From IMG/VR virus record IMGVR_UViG_2713896907_000003: a stretch of 25,280 nucleotides of DNA. The stretch is one strand, 5' to 3'. The stretch's first letter is position 1, and each line of letters opens with the position of its first letter. Under the pieces are notes generated by a model. That model did not search any database and had not been told where the DNA came from. It saw only the letters and a program-made list of their open reading frames with translations. The translations under genes were made by a program, and so were the position numbers. Below are positions 1-12,450 of the stretch, one piece after another. Origin of the DNA: a virus. Taxonomy: Duplodnaviria > Heunggongvirae > Uroviricota > Caudoviricetes.

Positions 1-2711
<2,711 letters not shown>

Positions 2712-2768
2712 TCACGCTCCAGAAACGACAAAACCGCCCTGAGGCGGTTTCACATAAAACATTTTGCA

Positions 2769-3410
2769 TCAGCGACCAATCACCACAACCTGACCACCAT
2801 CCCCTTCGTCTGCCGTGCTGATCTCCTGAGAAACCACGCGTGACCCCACGCGCATTTCACCGTACAGAACAGGCAGAACATTGCCCTGGGCAACCATGTT
2901 GTCCAGTGACGAGAAATACATGTTCTGCTTACCGTTATCCGTTGTCTGTGTACGGGGAGTTCTGGCTTTCGGTGCCAGCATCTGTGCAACACCGCCAAGC
3001 GTCATCGCCGCACCCATTGAAAAGAGAATGTCACTGAAAGCGATACTGATCCCCGGCATCCAGATTGCCGTAGCAATCAACGCCGCACCCAGCACCGCCT
3101 GAAACACACCGCCACTTTTTGCTCCCGCAAGACGCGGTACGATGTGGATCACTGCACTATTTGCCAGCGGCTCATTAAGACGGGATGATAATTCGGTTTC
3201 GCCTGCATCACGCCCGGCAATCCGTACCTGATACCAGCCGTCGCTCAGTTTCTGACGAAACGCCGGGATCTGTGTGGCCAGCGCACGGATAGCTTCGGCC
3301 CCCGTTTTTACACGAAGGTCGATGCGGCGGCCAAATCGTTGTAAATCCCCGTAAAGGCAGATGCGTGCCATGCCCGGTGACGCCAGAGGGAGTGTGTGCG
3401 TCGCTGCCAT
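2769..3410 (-). CDS. I: Tail assembly protein I
   Basis: 213-aa ORF MAATHTLPLASPGMARICLYGDLQRFGRR... matches lambda gpI as recalled; overlaps K by 103 bp as in lambda. Confidence 0.85.
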   Translation of the reverse strand: MAATHTLPLASPGMARICLYGDLQRFGRRIDLRVKTGAEAIRALATQIPAFRQKLSDGWYQVRIAGRDAGETELSSRLNEPLANSAVIHIVPRLAGAKSGGVFQAVLGAALIATAIWMPGISIAFSDILFSMGAAMTLGGVAQMLAPKARTPRTQTTDNGKQNMYFSSLDNMVAQGNVLPVLYGEMRVGSRVVSQEISTADEGDGGQVVVIGR

Positions 3411-4051
3411 TTGTCGGTGTACCTCTCTCGTTTACTCAGTTGTTCAGGAATATGGTGCAGCAGCTCGCCGTCGCCGCAGTAAATTGCGGCGTGATTCGGC
3501 ACCGATGAACCAAAACAGCACAGCAGCACATCGCCCGGCTGCGCCGCTGACAACGGCACCTGATACAGCCCTGTGGCCTCCAGATTATCCAGATAGAGAT
3601 TCTGACCGTTACGCCACCAGTCATCCTCACGATGAAAATCCGGCATCTCAATCCCCGCCAGATGGTAAGCGTCCCGGAACAGCGTGTAACAGTCCGTCAC
3701 CCCGTGCTCAAAGCGCCGCCCGGTAAGATGTGGCACACAGCGGAACTTGTGAATCGCCCCCCGGCAGACCAGCCACCACGGCAAATCACTCTGCACCTGC
3801 AACCGCCGGTCAGCCTCACTCAGCCAGGGCAGACCACCGGGGTGGCTGTGAACCAGCGCCACAATCCCACCCTGCATCTCTGCCCGCAGCCAGTCCTCCG
3901 GCGACATCCGGAAATACTCCTCCGGCTCACCGGAGATATTCACGCAGGGAAAATATCTGTCCCCCTCCGACGTTCTCACCACGAAGCCGCACGACTCCGC
4001 TGGCGCACATCGTCTGGCGTGCGCCAGAATCGCTGATTCTGTCTCTGTCAT
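3308..4051 (-). CDS. K: Tail tip assembly protein K (JAMM/MPN plus NlpC/P60-like)
   Basis: 247-aa ORF containing an HSHPGG...SEAD JAMM-like motif and a TDCYTLFRD Cys region. Start is ambiguous: the internal ATG at 3907 would give the 199-aa product annotated in lambda; the long form starts 5 bp after L. Confidence 0.8.
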   Translation of the reverse strand: MTETESAILAHARRCAPAESCGFVVRTSEGDRYFPCVNISGEPEEYFRMSPEDWLRAEMQGGIVALVHSHPGGLPWLSEADRRLQVQSDLPWWLVCRGAIHKFRCVPHLTGRRFEHGVTDCYTLFRDAYHLAGIEMPDFHREDDWWRNGQNLYLDNLEATGLYQVPLSAAQPGDVLLCCFGSSVPNHAAIYCGDGELLHHIPEQLSKRERYTDKWQRRTHSLWRHRAWHASAFTGIYNDLAAASTFV

Positions 4052-4056
4052 GGGAT

Positions 4057-4755
4057 TTACTGCGAAAGTTTGTTAATGGAAAGGTAACCGCCAAAGTTGC
4101 CGACGTTATTGCGGAACTTACAACCGCTCAGGCATTTGCTGCATTTATCCTTCGTGATATCGGACGTCGGCTGGTCATATTCATCCGCGACCGCCGGACC
4201 GTGATAACCGCACTCATCGCCGCGATAGGTCCAGGTGCAGGTGTTGGCCAGCATGATACGTCCCGGAAAAACAGCGCCGTCCGTTTCCGTCGGCGTGGAC
4301 AGTACAAAAGAGGCACTCACCGCGCTCAGTTCGCTGCACTGCTCGATGCGCCAGCGACTGATCACCTCCTGCTCCGGATCGGCGTCGCTGTTTCCGTTGA
4401 CGAAGTTCACCGCATCCAGAAAACGGGCGTAAACCTTACGCCGGACAACCGTTCCGCCGACCAGACTCTGCATATCTTCCACCATCCCGGTGACCATGCC
4501 GTACAGGTTAGAGACTGCCAGCGTGGGCCGCGTACTGGTGCCTTTGCCATTCAGTTCAAAACCACTCCCCTGAATGGGATACGGCTGATACTGTCTCCCC
4601 TGCCAGGTGACCGGCTCACCTTTTTCGTTCTGCTCATTACAGAAAAAATAACGTTCTCCACCGACCTCTGTCAGATCGATTTCCCAGAGCACCACGCTGG
4701 CTGACTGCTCCGCACGGGTGCATTCATTCAGTGTTTCCTGCCGGATATCCTGCAT
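4057..4755 (-). CDS. L: Tail tip protein L
   Basis: 232-aa ORF MQDIRQETLNECTRAEQSASVVLWEIDLTEVGGERYFFCNE... matches lambda gpL as recalled. Confidence 0.9.
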   Translation of the reverse strand: MQDIRQETLNECTRAEQSASVVLWEIDLTEVGGERYFFCNEQNEKGEPVTWQGRQYQPYPIQGSGFELNGKGTSTRPTLAVSNLYGMVTGMVEDMQSLVGGTVVRRKVYARFLDAVNFVNGNSDADPEQEVISRWRIEQCSELSAVSASFVLSTPTETDGAVFPGRIMLANTCTWTYRGDECGYHGPAVADEYDQPTSDITKDKCSKCLSGCKFRNNVGNFGGYLSINKLSQ

Positions 4756-5084
4756 CAGTTCACCACCTGTTTAAACTCTGCGCTGAACTCAACACGCAAC
4801 ATACTGACCTGCGACGACCATTTTGCGCAGGTCACCTTTATCTGCCTGTAACCATAAGGCGGCGTCCACAGAAAAGCCTTCCAGCCCCCGTGCTCAGCCA
4901 GAAACGACTCCAGCGCCGTGGCCTCCTCACGGGAGACAGACAGCGTCACGCTGTACGTTTTCAGGTCAGCGTTCAGCCCGGCAGGCGCACGCTGGGAATA
5001 GCCATCACCAAAGCGCACCTCCCTGACGGAAGGAGCCGATGTCACATCCATCCCGGGTTTCACTTTCCAGCGGAAGGTTTTCAT
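4755..5084 (-). CDS. M: Tail tip protein M
   Basis: 109-aa ORF MKTFRWKVKPGMDVTSAPSVREVRFGDGYSQRAP... matches lambda gpM in length and sequence as recalled; ATGA overlap with H. Confidence 0.88.
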   Translation of the reverse strand: MKTFRWKVKPGMDVTSAPSVREVRFGDGYSQRAPAGLNADLKTYSVTLSVSREEATALESFLAEHGGWKAFLWTPPYGYRQIKVTCAKWSSQVSMLRVEFSAEFKQVVN

Positions 5085-7660
5085 CGTCCACCTCCGGAGA
5101 ACAAGCCACCATCACGCATCTGTGCCTGAATTTCATCACGGGCACCCTTGCGGGCCATGTCATACACAGCCTTCAGCGCCTGTGGTCCAATCTGCCCGTT
5201 CGTGCCGTCGTTGTTAATCACCACATGGTTATTCTGCTCAAACTTCCCGGACGCCTGCGACCGGCTGTCCGCCAGACTGCCCGGTGTACCGACATAACCG
5301 CCGGTGGCATAGCCGCGCATCAGCCGGTAAAGATTCCCCACGCCAATCCGGCTGGTTGCCTCCTTCGTGAAGACAAACTCACCACGGTGAACAATCCCCG
5401 CTGGCTCATATTTGCCGCCGGTTCCCGTAAATCCTCCGGTCGAAAAATGGAATTTCGCCGCAGCTGCCTGAATGGCTGTACCGCCTGATGCGGATGCGCC
5501 GCCACCAACAGCCCCGCCAATGGCGCTACCGATACTCCCGACAATCCCCACCATTGCCTGCTTAAGCAGAATTTCTGTCATCATGGACAGCACGGAACGG
5601 GTGAAGCTGCGCCAGTTCTGCTCACTGCCGGTCAGCATCGCTGCCATATTCTGTGCAATACCGTCAAAGGTCTGCGTGGCCACGCTTTTAACCTGCGAAA
5701 AACTGTCCGTCGCACTTTCTGCCCACTCGCCCCAGCCGGACTTCAGACCGGCCATCCAGCTTCCACGAAGCTGCTCCTCCGCAGACCAGGTGTTCTTCAG
5801 TGCAGATGTGGCCTTCGCCAGCGCATCCGGATTATCACCGTACACGTCACGAAGGCGCTGCTCTTCCGACTCCCGCTGCGCCTGACGGTCGGTGAGGCCC
5901 CGCGCCTGGGCACTGATTGCCGCCTGCTTCGCGCCCTGCTGCTGCTCAAACCGCGCAGCCTGCTGTGCCAGCTCATTCAGCCGTTTCTGGTGTTCAACTT
6001 TGTCTCCCAGCTCAGCCAGCTGGCGTTTGTACTCCAGCGTCTCTTTCTCATGGGTCAGCAGGGATTTTTCCTGCTCAGATAACTGCCGTTTCGTGGCTGC
6101 CTCTTTCAGGACCGCATACTGATTTTCCGCTTTCCATAAATCGCGACGCTGCTGGCTGATTTTCTCATTCGCACCGCTGTGTTTTTCCAGCGTCCGGAGC
6201 TCGGTTTCAAGCGCCAGCAGGGCAGCATGCGCCTGGTCTTCCTGACGCTCACCGGCTGACACTTTGACTCCTGACGACTTCGGCTTTTTCAGCGTCGATT
6301 CATAATCCTTTTTCGCCGCCGCCATCAGCGTGTTGTAATCCGCCTGCAGGATTTTCCCGTCTTTCAGGGCCTTATTCAGTTCTTCCTGACGGGCGGTATA
6401 TTTCTCCAGCGGCGTCAGCAGACGCTCATACCCCTTCTGCGCCTCTCCGGTATACTTCAGCTGTGATGCGTCCCGTTCGGCCCGGTCCCTGGCGGCCAGT
6501 TCACCGGCTTTTTCCATATCCGACTGCAGCGTGGCCGCTGCCAGCCCCAGCCGGGCATTTTCCCGGTCATTCCATGCGCCCTGAAGGTTGGCCCGGAAAG
6601 AGGAGGTTTTACCGCGGCGCTGGCTCCGGCTCTGGTACCACTGCCATTTTTTATCCGCCTCATCAAATGCCTTCTGCGCACTGGCGAGCATATCCGCTGA
6701 GGACTCAGGACGACCGATATCCAGAATGGCATCCCACATCGATTTGAATGCCTTCCCGGTTTTATCCGCCCAGGTCTCCAGTGTCCCCATGTTTTCTTTC
6801 AGGCGACGGGTCTGCTCATCAAAGCCTTTCGTGGCGATATCGTTCGCCGCCTGTAAGGCCCCGGCCTCATCACCGGAACGCTGCAGCTGCGCAACATACG
6901 CAATCTGCTCTGCCGTCACGTTACGGAACTGGCGCGCCATCGCAATCAGCCCCGACGTAGGGTCGGTGGTCAGTTTTCCGAAAGCCTCTGCAACCTTGTC
7001 CACCTCCACACCGGATGCAGAAGCAAAACGCGCGACACTCTGGTTGATGGCATCAAACTGTTCACCACCACGCACACCGGCATTCACCAGGGCTGCCAGT
7101 GACTCACTCGCCTGGTTAAACGTCAGCCCTGCGGCCTGTCCGGCTCTGGAGAGCGTCAGCATGCGATCGGCAGTCAGTCCGGACTGATTACCGGAAAGAA
7201 CCAGGGTTTTATTAAACGCTGAAAGCGTGGAATCCCCCTGGTACCAGGCGTACGCCAGCGCACCTGTCGCCACCGCCAGCGAGGTGACCCCGACCATCGG
7301 CAGGGTGATCGCACCGGCAAGCCCCCTGAACATGGGGATCATCCCGCCGAAGGAGTCCTTCACCTGACCGCCCTGTTGCAGCAGGATCAGCCAGGGATTC
7401 TGACCACCGGCAAGCTGCGTGGCGATATCCGTAAACTGTGCGGGCAGGGTTCGCATGGCCGCTTTATACTGCCCGACGGAAATCCCGGCTTTTTGTGCAG
7501 CCAGCGCCTGGCGGCTCAGGCCCTGTTCAACAGCACTGGCGGTTTTTCTGGCGTCGGTATCCAGACCTGAAAAATGACGCCTTACCCGGCTCATCTGCTC
7601 ATCGAAACGGACCGCATCCAGACTAAGGTCAATAACAAGATCACCAACCGGCTGGGACAT
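5081..7660 (-). CDS. H: Tail tape measure protein H
   Basis: 859-aa ORF with lambda gpH-like sequence throughout, a long coiled-coil/Ala-Gln-rich middle and a Gly-rich C-terminal region. Confidence 0.9.
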   Translation of the reverse strand: MSQPVGDLVIDLSLDAVRFDEQMSRVRRHFSGLDTDARKTASAVEQGLSRQALAAQKAGISVGQYKAAMRTLPAQFTDIATQLAGGQNPWLILLQQGGQVKDSFGGMIPMFRGLAGAITLPMVGVTSLAVATGALAYAWYQGDSTLSAFNKTLVLSGNQSGLTADRMLTLSRAGQAAGLTFNQASESLAALVNAGVRGGEQFDAINQSVARFASASGVEVDKVAEAFGKLTTDPTSGLIAMARQFRNVTAEQIAYVAQLQRSGDEAGALQAANDIATKGFDEQTRRLKENMGTLETWADKTGKAFKSMWDAILDIGRPESSADMLASAQKAFDEADKKWQWYQSRSQRRGKTSSFRANLQGAWNDRENARLGLAAATLQSDMEKAGELAARDRAERDASQLKYTGEAQKGYERLLTPLEKYTARQEELNKALKDGKILQADYNTLMAAAKKDYESTLKKPKSSGVKVSAGERQEDQAHAALLALETELRTLEKHSGANEKISQQRRDLWKAENQYAVLKEAATKRQLSEQEKSLLTHEKETLEYKRQLAELGDKVEHQKRLNELAQQAARFEQQQGAKQAAISAQARGLTDRQAQRESEEQRLRDVYGDNPDALAKATSALKNTWSAEEQLRGSWMAGLKSGWGEWAESATDSFSQVKSVATQTFDGIAQNMAAMLTGSEQNWRSFTRSVLSMMTEILLKQAMVGIVGSIGSAIGGAVGGGASASGGTAIQAAAAKFHFSTGGFTGTGGKYEPAGIVHRGEFVFTKEATSRIGVGNLYRLMRGYATGGYVGTPGSLADSRSQASGKFEQNNHVVINNDGTNGQIGPQALKAVYDMARKGARDEIQAQMRDGGLFSGGGR

Positions 7661-8512
7661 ATCTCACACCTCCGGAAATCCCCGCTGAAGCCACCATTAA
7701 TGCGGCATCATCCACCATGACATCCGCCACATCCGCAGACGATAAAATATCGCGCCCTCCGTCCCCACCGAACCGGACGCCTCCGGCAAGTCCTGCCGCT
7801 TTCTGCATCAGCATTTTGTCCTCATCCGGCCTCTCCACCTGCTCTTCCTCATGCCGGGGGACAAGCAGACTGAAATCAGAGGGATGCATATCCGGATCGC
7901 AAAAAAACAGGCTGAGTACAGCGTACGTCAGCCCGGAAAAATGCATATCCAGCTGGGTATCGTGAAAATAATGCATGCGGTAAAAATGTCGCCAGTCGGC
8001 ATATTCGGTGGATGTCATCCCGGCAAGCATGGCGCGCCAGTCAGGCCTCCCCATCTCACGCGCCAGTCTGAGGGCAAAATTCAGCTCGCCGTCGAAGACT
8101 TTCCCGCAGAAAAATCATCATCAGTCAGCGCGTTATTTTTCGCCACTTCGGTAATATCCGTATCCACATGAACAGGCCCGCTCATCCCGGACAGACGCAA
8201 CACCACATCTTCCGCCCGGGCAATGGCATCAGCAGGCCAGGTGGTCAGGACTTCCTGCTCAATCTGCATCACAGCCTCATTCATTGACGGTGACCCCGTT
8301 TTCTGCGGATGGTTATGCCACAGGGACATCGCCACCAGAAACGCGCCGGTTCTGACGAGATCTTCCACGCTTACCTGCAGGTTGCCGCTGGATTCTGCCT
8401 GTTCTGCACGCCGTTTCAGGAGGGCAAGATGCTCAATACGCTGCAGCGCAGACAATTCGGAAAGCGTGACAGACACACCGTTATATTCAAATTGTTCTGT
8501 TTTCAGAAACAT
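7641..8512 (-). CDS. G-T tail assembly chaperone fusion made by programmed -1 ribosomal frameshift
   Basis: Slippery heptamer GGGAAAG at 8099-8105 (minus) near the end of G; the -1 frame is open from there to the stop at 7641 and reads VFDGELNFALRLAREMGRPDWRAMLAG..., lambda gpT-like. Confidence 0.75.
8081..8512 (-). CDS. G: Tail assembly chaperone G
   Basis: 143-aa ORF MFLKTEQFEYNGVSVTLSELSALQRIEHLALLKRRAEQAE...SAGKSSTAS matches lambda gpG as recalled. Confidence 0.88.
   Translation of the reverse strand: MFLKTEQFEYNGVSVTLSELSALQRIEHLALLKRRAEQAESSGNLQVSVEDLVRTGAFLVAMSLWHNHPQKTGSPSMNEAVMQIEQEVLTTWPADAIARAEDVVLRLSGMSGPVHVDTDITEVAKNNALTDDDFSAGKSSTAS
8099..8105 (-). other. Programmed -1 frameshift slippery site G GGA AAG
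   Basis: Heptamer read directly in the G zero frame (GCG GGA AAG); frame arithmetic confirms that a -1 slip enters the T frame. Confidence 0.75.
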
Positions 8513-8525
8513 GTATGACCTCCGT

Positions 8526-9278
8526 TTACCCTGCAGCGCCTGCTTCAGTAACGGTGACTTCAGCTACCGTGGCAAACTGACCATTACCGGAAATCACGGG
8601 GATACTCACTTTTCCAGCCTTAACCCCCGTCACAGTGATCACCATATCTTTCACAGCAATGGTTCCCGTTGACGGATCGGCGGAAACCGCTCTGAACGTC
8701 TTGTCGGTTGCACTTTCCGGCTCAAAAGAAACAGTCAGGGTGGTTGTTTTTCCTTTTTCCACGGTACCGGATGTCGGTGTCACCTTAATTGCAGTGGCCG
8801 GCGTAATTTCGCTGCGTTCTTCCGCCACGGAAGGTTTGCCCACGTTGGTCACTTTCACTGTTCGGGTGATCACTTCTTTCGCCGTCACTGCCTTACCGAT
8901 ACTGCTGATCCAGCCACGAAACACATCCACCGTGCCATTCGGAAAACGGATTTTATAGGCCCGGACATCGCCGCTTTCAAACCAGCCTATAAGCCATTTC
9001 TGACCTTCTTCTCCCGGTTTCCAGGCCAGTGTAAAACTGGTATCACCTGCAGATTTCTGTCCCTGCCCGGTCGCGCTCCAGTCCGCGTCTTCATCATCCA
9101 GGTAGTTATCATCGTAGGATTCTGCCGTCATCTCGCCCGGCGTCAGATCCTTCACCTTAGCCAGTCGCTGCCAGTCATCATCTGACAACGGGTTTGCATA
9201 AGCATCACCCTTGCCGGTGTAAACCCACAGAGTGGTACCGGCACCTTTTACCGGCGCCAGGGGATTTGGTGTTGGCAT
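8526..9278 (-). CDS. V: Major tail protein V
   Basis: 250-aa [42 protein letters not shown]... matches lambda gpV as recalled, including the C-terminal Ig-like region. Confidence 0.9.
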   Translation of the reverse strand: MPTPNPLAPVKGAGTTLWVYTGKGDAYANPLSDDDWQRLAKVKDLTPGEMTAESYDDNYLDDEDADWSATGQGQKSAGDTSFTLAWKPGEEGQKWLIGWFESGDVRAYKIRFPNGTVDVFRGWISSIGKAVTAKEVITRTVKVTNVGKPSVAEERSEITPATAIKVTPTSGTVEKGKTTTLTVSFEPESATDKTFRAVSADPSTGTIAVKDMVITVTGVKAGKVSIPVISGNGQFATVAEVTVTEAGAAG

Positions 9279-9285
9279 ATCGTCC

Positions 9286-9681
9286 TCACATCTCGTATGT
9301 AATGGAATAAGTCAAATCTGCAGAGCTCCATAACGCCATATCGTCATCACGACGATAGTCATAGCCCTGCTGAACCATCGTGGTAATCATCCCTGCCAGT
9401 GCAGGGATCGCGGACATCGCCGGATAAATCCGGGACTCCATCCACGAATCCAGCTCTGAATCCGGCACCTGAGCAGGCAGGAAAACTTCAATATGCAGTG
9501 TGGCCCGCCAGGTATCCGCATCCAGCTCTTCACCGGTATACTCTGCATCCGTCAGATAAACCGCGACCGCGGGAAAATCCTCTTCGTCAAAAACAACGGG
9601 GCGACCATCAAACAGCGTCGCCCCGTGTTCATGCAGCTCCAGTGCATCCAGCACTGCAGCACGGATATCAGTATGTTTCAT
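9286..9681 (-). CDS. U: Tail terminator protein U
   Basis: 131-aa [40 protein letters not shown]... matches lambda gpU; ATGA overlap with Z. Confidence 0.88.
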   Translation of the reverse strand: MKHTDIRAAVLDALELHEHGATLFDGRPVVFDEEDFPAVAVYLTDAEYTGEELDADTWRATLHIEVFLPAQVPDSELDSWMESRIYPAMSAIPALAGMITTMVQQGYDYRRDDDMALWSSADLTYSITYEM

Positions 9682-10211
9682 CGTTTTATCGCAATCCTCA
9701 GTTGTTGTTTCAGCGCATATGCCAGTTCTCCGGGCAGGCGTTCACGCCGGATACGGTCAACGTTTTCATCAAACGCCTGTTTCAGTGGGGCCGCCATCGG
9801 GATTTTCACCACATCAATGGGGTAACGGTTTTTCCCGGCCACACGCTGCATGACATGCCAGCGACCATTTTTTAATCGCTGAATAAATGCCCGCTGATAA
9901 CGATGCTGACCGGCTTTGAGTATGCTGTTCGGACGACGCCCCGGCATCCTGATCCCCAGCTTAATCACCGGGAGATCACCGCGGTTAACGATAATTCTGG
10001 CATTCGGATTTCTGACCGTGGCCCGTTTCAGTCTGGACCGTTCCTTTACCAGTTTCCGGCTCACCCTGGTCTCCCGGGCAACCTGTGACGAAGACTGATT
10101 AATCGCCGTTGTGGCCACGCGGTTAATGGCCATTGCTGAAGCCGCCGGAATGGCGTTTTTACGAACCCGGCTCAGATTTTCAATCGCCTGATCAAGCCCT
10201 TTTATCGCCAT
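9678..10211 (-). CDS. Z: Tail completion protein Z
   Basis: 177-aa ORF MAIKGLDQAIENLSRVRKNAIPAASAMAINRVA... lambda gpZ-like (lambda is ~192 aa); synteny between FII and U. Confidence 0.85.
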   Translation of the reverse strand: MAIKGLDQAIENLSRVRKNAIPAASAMAINRVATTAINQSSSQVARETRVSRKLVKERSRLKRATVRNPNARIIVNRGDLPVIKLGIRMPGRRPNSILKAGQHRYQRAFIQRLKNGRWHVMQRVAGKNRYPIDVVKIPMAAPLKQAFDENVDRIRRERLPGELAYALKQQLRIAIKR

Positions 10212-10225
10212 AATTCACCCTGCGT

Positions 10226-10579
10226 TTATCGTCGCCGGTTAACTGCCGGTGGTTGCCCACGGTTGAGCCAGAGATAACAACTGCCCCCGTCATCCGGAGA
10301 AACACGATCCACCCAGAATGTCTCACCATTAATGGTCAGCGTGTCGCCGCGCCGCAGCTGCCGCACATCATCAGTCCGGACAAACAGGGACGGGCTGGAG
10401 CCTTCAACGCGTACGCCCTGTCCGGCATAGCTGATATTTTCAGGGTCATCAAAAACACCACGTATCACAGCACCGGACTGCTCACCGGATGTAATGGTGG
10501 CTGACGTTCCCATGTACCCGCGTATCGTTTCATCGGCGCGGGCAATGGCAGCATCGAACAGGTTATCGAAATCAGCCAC
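10226..10579 (-). CDS. FII: Head-tail joining protein FII
   Basis: 117-aa ORF MADFDNLFDAAIARADETIRGYMGTSATITSGEQ... matches lambda gpFII in length and sequence. Confidence 0.88.
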   Translation of the reverse strand: MADFDNLFDAAIARADETIRGYMGTSATITSGEQSGAVIRGVFDDPENISYAGQGVRVEGSSPSLFVRTDDVRQLRRGDTLTINGETFWVDRVSPDDGGSCYLWLNRGQPPAVNRRR

Positions 10580-10590
10580 AGTGCCTCCCG

Positions 10591-10986
10591 TTATTGCATT
10601 CTGGCCAGGCCGCGCTCTGTCATTTCAGCTGCCACACCGGCAGAGACACGAAACGCCGTTCCCGGCAGCACAAATGCCACAGGTTCATCCCGCGTGGCGT
10701 GAAGTGCATCGGTATGCAGCGTCACCAGTGCCACAACCGTGACCAGAGCAGCCGTATCAGTCACGGTATCCGTCTGTGCTGATACCACCTCATTTTCATG
10801 TCCGGTCAGCGCATTTTCCGGGCTGAGAGGGGTGTCCTGACCGGCAGTGTCATCCGTGTCATCAAGCTCTTCTTCCAGCTCTGCCACACGGAGCGCCAGT
10901 TCTTCTTTCGTCCCCGTCAGGCTGACATCACGGTTCAGTTGTTCACCCAGCGAGCGGAGACGGGCAATCAGTTCATCTTTCGTCAT
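10591..10986 (-). CDS. FI: DNA packaging protein FI
   Basis: ORF-track start at 11025 trimmed to the internal ATG at 10986 (MTKDELIARLRSLGEQLNRDVSLTGTKEELALRVAEL...), which has a GGAG RBS and gives the 131-aa lambda-like product. Confidence 0.85.
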   Translation of the reverse strand: MTKDELIARLRSLGEQLNRDVSLTGTKEELALRVAELEEELDDTDDTAGQDTPLSPENALTGHENEVVSAQTDTVTDTAALVTVVALVTLHTDALHATRDEPVAFVLPGTAFRVSAGVAAEMTERGLARMQ

Positions 10987-11027
10987 GGACTTCTCCACAG
11001 AGAGACAATGGCCCCGAAGGGCCATGA

Positions 11028-12053
11028 TTACGCCAGTTGTACGGACACGAACTCATCAGGGTCAGCCAGCAGCATCAGCGGTGCTGACTGAATCATGGTG
11101 AACTCACGCGCCGGATCGCCGGTGGTCACCCAGTTTTTCGGGTAACGGGCAGAGGCGTTAATGCCTTCGCGCTGTGCGTCCGCATCCTGAATGCAGCCAT
11201 AGGTGCGCAGACCGCGTGCCTGAGTGTTGCCCAGCACCATCGTGTTGTCCGGCAGGAAGTTCTTTTTGACACCATTTTCCACGTACTGTCCGGAATACAC
11301 GACGATGGCCACATCGCCATACATTCCCTTATAAGACACCGCTTTGCCCAGGTCTTTTACCGCTGTCTCCAGTTCGGAATGAGAGCCGCGACGGGTATCC
11401 AGCTTCTCCCTGACGGCTTTGAAGGAACGGAACAGCGCCCAGCCTTTCGGATCAAACACGATGATATTCACCACACCGCTGGCGTTCAGCGCGTAGGCTT
11501 CGATATCGTCGGTCGGGTCATACGTGGACTTATCACGCTTACTCCACTCCGTGCCGCCGGACTGCGTGATGTTATTCGCCGCACTGCGACCCATATCCAC
11601 CTCAACCGGATCGAAGGCTTCACCGGTCATGGTGTATTTGCCCTTAAGCACGGCAGAAACTGCCTGCATCTCTTCCACCTGGGCAATGGCCAGCTCTTCG
11701 TCACGCATGTTCTGCATGATGATGCGACGGCGACGGTAAGCCGGGTCCGCCAGATTCTGCGGATCTTCATCCGGCAGGCGACGCAGGGTCATCTGCGGAT
11801 TCACTTCATGCTTGGGTTTGACATATCCCGGCGTAAATTCAGAGGTGGAGCCGCCACGGGAGCGGATAACCTCACCGGAAACAATCGGCGAAACGTACAG
11901 CGCCATGTTTACCAGTCCCGGAATTTGTGAGAGATAGACTTTCTCCGTGGTGAAGGGATAGCTTTCACGGAAAAAGAGACGCAGAAACAGCGGATCAAAC
12001 TTAAATTTCTGCTCATTTGCCGCCAGCAGCTGGGCGGTTGTGTACATCGACAT
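11028..12053 (-). CDS. E: Major capsid protein E
   Basis: Start re-set to the ATG at 12053 (MSMYTTAQLLAANEQKFKFDPLFLRLFFRESYPF...), giving the 341-aa lambda gpE-like protein; the track's 9-codon extension reaches into the D-E intergenic hairpin. Confidence 0.92.
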   Translation of the reverse strand: MSMYTTAQLLAANEQKFKFDPLFLRLFFRESYPFTTEKVYLSQIPGLVNMALYVSPIVSGEVIRSRGGSTSEFTPGYVKPKHEVNPQMTLRRLPDEDPQNLADPAYRRRRIIMQNMRDEELAIAQVEEMQAVSAVLKGKYTMTGEAFDPVEVDMGRSAANNITQSGGTEWSKRDKSTYDPTDDIEAYALNASGVVNIIVFDPKGWALFRSFKAVREKLDTRRGSHSELETAVKDLGKAVSYKGMYGDVAIVVYSGQYVENGVKKNFLPDNTMVLGNTQARGLRTYGCIQDADAQREGINASARYPKNWVTTGDPAREFTMIQSAPLMLLADPDEFVSVQLA

Positions 12054-12066
12054 AAAAAAATCCCGT

Positions 12067-12087
12067 AAAAAAAGCCGCACAGGCGGC
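12067..12087 (-). terminator. D-E intergenic GC hairpin plus U7 tract (attenuator/terminator-like)
   Basis: Minus strand reads GCCGC-CUGU-GCGGC followed by UUUUUUU, then ACGGGAUUUUUUU before the E start codon. Confidence 0.4.
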
Positions 12088-12108
12088 CTTTAGTGATGAA
12101 GGGTAAGG

Positions 12109-12441
12109 TTAAACGATGCTGATTGCCGTTCCGGCAAACGCGGTCCGTTTTTTCGTCTCGTCGCTGGCAGCCTCCGGCCAGAGCACATCCTCATAACGGA
12201 ACGAGCCGGACTTGTAGAACGTCAGCGTGGTGCTGGTCTGGTCAGCATCAACCGCCAGAATGCCAACGGCAGCACCGTCGGTGGTGCCATCCCACGCAAC
12301 CAGCTTACGGGTGGAGGTATCCAGCATCAGCGGGGTCATTGCAGGCGCTTTCGCACTCAATCCGCCGGGCGCGGTTGCCGTATGTGCCGGGTCACTGTTG
12401 CCCAGCGGCTGGTAATGGGTAAAGGTTTCTTTGCTCGTCAT
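12109..12441 (-). CDS. D: Head decoration protein D
   Basis: Second ATG (12441) chosen, with an AGGGA RBS 5 nt upstream; [33 protein letters not shown]... 110 aa as in lambda gpD. Confidence 0.9.
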   Translation of the reverse strand: MTSKETFTHYQPLGNSDPAHTATAPGGLSAKAPAMTPLMLDTSTRKLVAWDGTTDGAAVGILAVDADQTSTTLTFYKSGSFRYEDVLWPEAASDETKKRTAFAGTAISIV

Positions 12442-12450
12442 AAACATCCC

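Noticed and set aside
3730-4704. Plus-strand ORF of 324 aa
   Set aside because: Antisense to K and L, with Pro/Arg/Ala-rich low-complexity composition; the minus-strand genes here have clear lambda homology.
5472-7187. Several plus-strand ORFs inside the tape-measure region (e.g. 5472-5885, 6588-7187)
   Set aside because: Antisense to H, which is continuous and lambda-like over its whole length.
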